A stretch of DNA of 32,000 nucleotides from Raphidiopsis brookii D9 (GTDB lineage Bacteria; Cyanobacteriota; Cyanobacteriia; Cyanobacteriales; Nostocaceae). Where the stretch lies: NCBI GenBank assembly GCA_000175855.1, contig ACYB01000006.1, positions 30,001 to 62,000 of the forward strand, read 5' to 3'. Shown here piece by piece: positions 29,927-32,000 of the stretch; position 1 is the first letter of the stretch, and each line of letters opens with the position of its first letter. A model generated the notes under the pieces. It made no database searches, was not told the DNA's origin, and saw only the letters and a list, made by a program, of their open reading frames with translations. The translations under genes were made by a program, and so were the position numbers.

Positions 29927-31048
29927 ATGATTAATACTTATACTCAAGTTAGTCAAGGTGAAAGATGGATACGAGATTATAAATCGGGTGCACCAGTTTT
30001 TGCCTGTGTTTTAGGTTTTACAGAAACCTGTTTGATTCCAGGTATTTCCGCTGCTGGTTTGACCCCAGAGGATAGAAAATATACTGCTTGTGCAGACGCT
30101 GAATTTTTGTACTATGGTGCCAATCATCCATCCCAATATTCCCTACCTCCCTTAATTGCTGGTGCTTCCCCAGTTTTGATTTCCCGCGCTGTCACAGCAG
30201 GGTTACAAATACCAGTTTATTTATTTAATGCAGGTCTACCCCTTATCCCCTCCTCCCCCTGTATTGATTTAAGTGGAACCGTAGCTCGGTGTTTAACTAC
30301 GGCTAGATCAATAGAATATAGTACTGTTCAATACTTGCTAAAACAAGGACTACTCTGGGGTGAAAAACTTAGCACTAATATTACATCCGGATATTTAATT
30401 TTGAGTGAGTGCGTTGTTGGTGGTACTACTACTGCTCTATCTGTTTTAACTGGTTTGGGAATTGATGCAGTTGGTAAGGTTAACAGTAGCCACCCCATTT
30501 GTAATCATGACCAAAAATGGTCTGTAGTCCAATCTGGTTTAAATAAGATAGGTAGTTTTAGTGATCCTTTGGAAATTGTAGCCGCAGTAGGAGACCCTAT
30601 GCAAATAGTAGTAGCTGGAATGGCGATCGCTGCTAGTCGCAAGTGTGGGGTTATACTAGGCGGCGGTACTCAGATGTTAGCGGTTTATGCATTGATGCAG
30701 GCAATTGGACAAGTTCATTCTTTATCCTGGCAACCGGAAGCAATTGTAGTGGGGACAACGCGCTGGGTCGTAGAAGATACTAGCGGAGCTACAATTGATT
30801 TGGCTTTGAGTTTAAGTAAAAATAGGTTTGCTGAAGGTCAAATTCCTCCCCCTCTTTTAGCTACACAGTTGAGTTTTGCCAATTCTATTTACCCTCAATT
30901 GCAAGCTTATGAGCAAGGATTTGTCAAGGAAGGTGTGGGCGCTGGTGCAGCTTGTATAGCTGCTTCCATGAGTTATGGTTGGCGACAGGAGGAAATTTTA
31001 ATGGCCGTTGAATTGCAGATGAAAAATATATATAAAAATACTTATTGA
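29927..31048 (+). CDS. cobT: Nicotinate-nucleotide-dimethylbenzimidazole phosphoribosyltransferase-like (CobT, TIGR00303 type)
   Basis: GAPVFACVLGFTETCLIPGISAAGLTPEDRKYTACADAEFLYYG; LSECVVGGTTTALSVLTGLG; GVILGGGTQMLAVYALM. Confidence 0.85.
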   Translation: MINTYTQVSQGERWIRDYKSGAPVFACVLGFTETCLIPGISAAGLTPEDRKYTACADAEFLYYGANHPSQYSLPPLIAGASPVLISRAVTAGLQIPVYLFNAGLPLIPSSPCIDLSGTVARCLTTARSIEYSTVQYLLKQGLLWGEKLSTNITSGYLILSECVVGGTTTALSVLTGLGIDAVGKVNSSHPICNHDQKWSVVQSGLNKIGSFSDPLEIVAAVGDPMQIVVAGMAIAASRKCGVILGGGTQMLAVYALMQAIGQVHSLSWQPEAIVVGTTRWVVEDTSGATIDLALSLSKNRFAEGQIPPPLLATQLSFANSIYPQLQAYEQGFVKEGVGAGAACIAASMSYGWRQEEILMAVELQMKNIYKNTY

Positions 31049-31051
31049 GTA

Positions 31052-31465
31052 TTAATGAATTCTCATTCGTAACAACTGTTCTTCCAATGCTGCAATTCGG
31101 TTATAAGCTGCCGTTAATTGTGCAGTGAGGCGTTGGATCTGAACTTCTGGTGTGATGGTACTATCTCCTCCGTGCAGACGGTTATTTTCGGGAAAAATAC
31201 CATCAGTAATTACATCCTTATGTTCTAAATCCCTAGTTGAACTACTTGGGATTCTAACTGAGAAGTGTTCATTTTGGTTAGTTTCTGGATGACTATACTC
31301 GTTTGGATCTAAATAGCAATTTGCCAACCCTTGGGACAGTTTCCTGTCAAGGCTTTCAATTACTTGGTATAGAGCATCTACTTTCTGGCTTAAAGTGAGT
31401 ATTTGCTTTTTTAATGATTCCATTGAATACCTCTGATTCCCAAATATTATTTCCATGTTATTCAA
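31052..31465 (-). CDS. Hypothetical protein with terminal coiled coils (start may be at 31423, MESLKKQ)
   Basis: 137-aa ORF; heptad-like LKKQILTLSQKVDALYQVIESLDRKL and QRLTAQLTAAYNRIAALEEQLL. Confidence 0.65.
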   Translation of the reverse strand: MNNMEIIFGNQRYSMESLKKQILTLSQKVDALYQVIESLDRKLSQGLANCYLDPNEYSHPETNQNEHFSVRIPSSSTRDLEHKDVITDGIFPENNRLHGGDSTITPEVQIQRLTAQLTAAYNRIAALEEQLLRMRIH

Positions 31466-31581
31466 CTTACGGACATTGTTAAAAATACTTAGGATTTATT
31501 TAATCTTTCTTCAAAGTTAAGAACGGGACTATGGGGAATATAATTTAGCTTAAAGGATTGCTATATGGAATGGAGGAAAAT

Positions 31582-32000
31582 ATGGCATCGGACTTGCTAA
31601 TTCGCCAAGGTGAACTGTGGGATTTACAGGTTCTGGTTGAATTTAACCAGGCATTAATATATGAAACTGAAAACAAACCACTACCCATTAATGATATTAA
31701 TGCAGGTGTGGAAACAATATTAAAAAATCCCACTTTAGGATTTTATCTTTTAGCTCAGAAGAATAATCAGGTGGTTGGGTCCCTAATGGTGACTACAGAA
31801 TGGAGTGACTGGCGTAATGGTTTATACTGGTGGATTCAGAGTGTATACGTTGATCCGCATTTTCGTCGTCAAGGGGTTTTTAAAGCCTTATATCAAGCCG
31901 TGAAGCAGCGGGCAAAAACCCAAGCAAGTGGGCTGAAAGTTGCTGGGTTTAGACTTTATGTGGAAAAAGAGAATGCAATTGCCCAAAGGACTTATCAGTC
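31582..32000 (+). CDS. GNAT-family N-acetyltransferase (C-terminus truncated by window edge)
   Basis: Manual translation MASDLLIRQGELWDLQVLVEFNQALIYETENKPLPINDINAGVETILKNPTLGFYLLAQKNNQVVGSLMVTTEWSDWRNGLYWWIQSVYVDPHFRRQGVFKALYQAVKQ; RRQGVFKAL is the acetyl-CoA-binding R/QxxGxG/A-type motif. Not in the supplied ORF track. Confidence 0.88.
   Translation, partial: MASDLLIRQGELWDLQVLVEFNQALIYETENKPLPINDINAGVETILKNPTLGFYLLAQKNNQVVGSLMVTTEWSDWRNGLYWWIQSVYVDPHFRRQGVFKALYQAVKQRAKTQASGLKVAGFRLYVEKENAIAQRTYQ

Noticed and set aside
31545-31733. 62-aa minus-strand ORF at right edge
   Set aside because: Antisense to the GNAT acetyltransferase reading frame, which has a clear acetyl-CoA motif.

Overview
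This 32 kb window looks like ordinary cyanobacterial core genome. NdhO, PsaC, NblA, KdpABC, a group-1/2 sigma-70 factor and 12 GCGATCGC (HIP1) palindromes point to a cyanobacterium, probably a filamentous Nostocales (inference). I find no CRISPR array, intact transposase, tRNA or rRNA.

Left to right the content is: ArsJ-type GAPDH (window edge) with a frameshifted PstS-like gene; YraN; a pentapeptide-repeat protein; a CxxCH heme (Tll0287/DUF3365-like) membrane protein with a MscS channel carrying a cNMP-like domain; a CphA-like stand-alone ATP-grasp; NdhO; PsaC; a frameshifted DUF6464-like gene; Fmt; a membrane-anchored hypothetical; a sigma factor; PriA; KdpA-KdpB-KdpC-AnmK; NblA; a frameshifted PP2C phosphatase; an ABC1/UbiB-family kinase-like protein; a small coiled-coil protein; a 1155-aa divergent Hsp70/actin-fold protein; a frameshifted DUF2232-like gene; a CobT-like protein; a coiled-coil hypothetical; and a GNAT acetyltransferase (window edge).

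I did not find a convincing new multigene system. The observations most worth a second look are:
(1) at least four otherwise intact genes each broken by one homopolymer indel, which suggests assembly error or, less likely, real slippage;
(2) the large Hsp70-like protein with a long N-terminal extension and a degenerate phosphate-2 motif;
(3) the heme-sensor/MscS-cNMP gene pair;
(4) the PstS-GAPDH arsenate-type cassette;
(5) KdpC-AnmK translational overlap.
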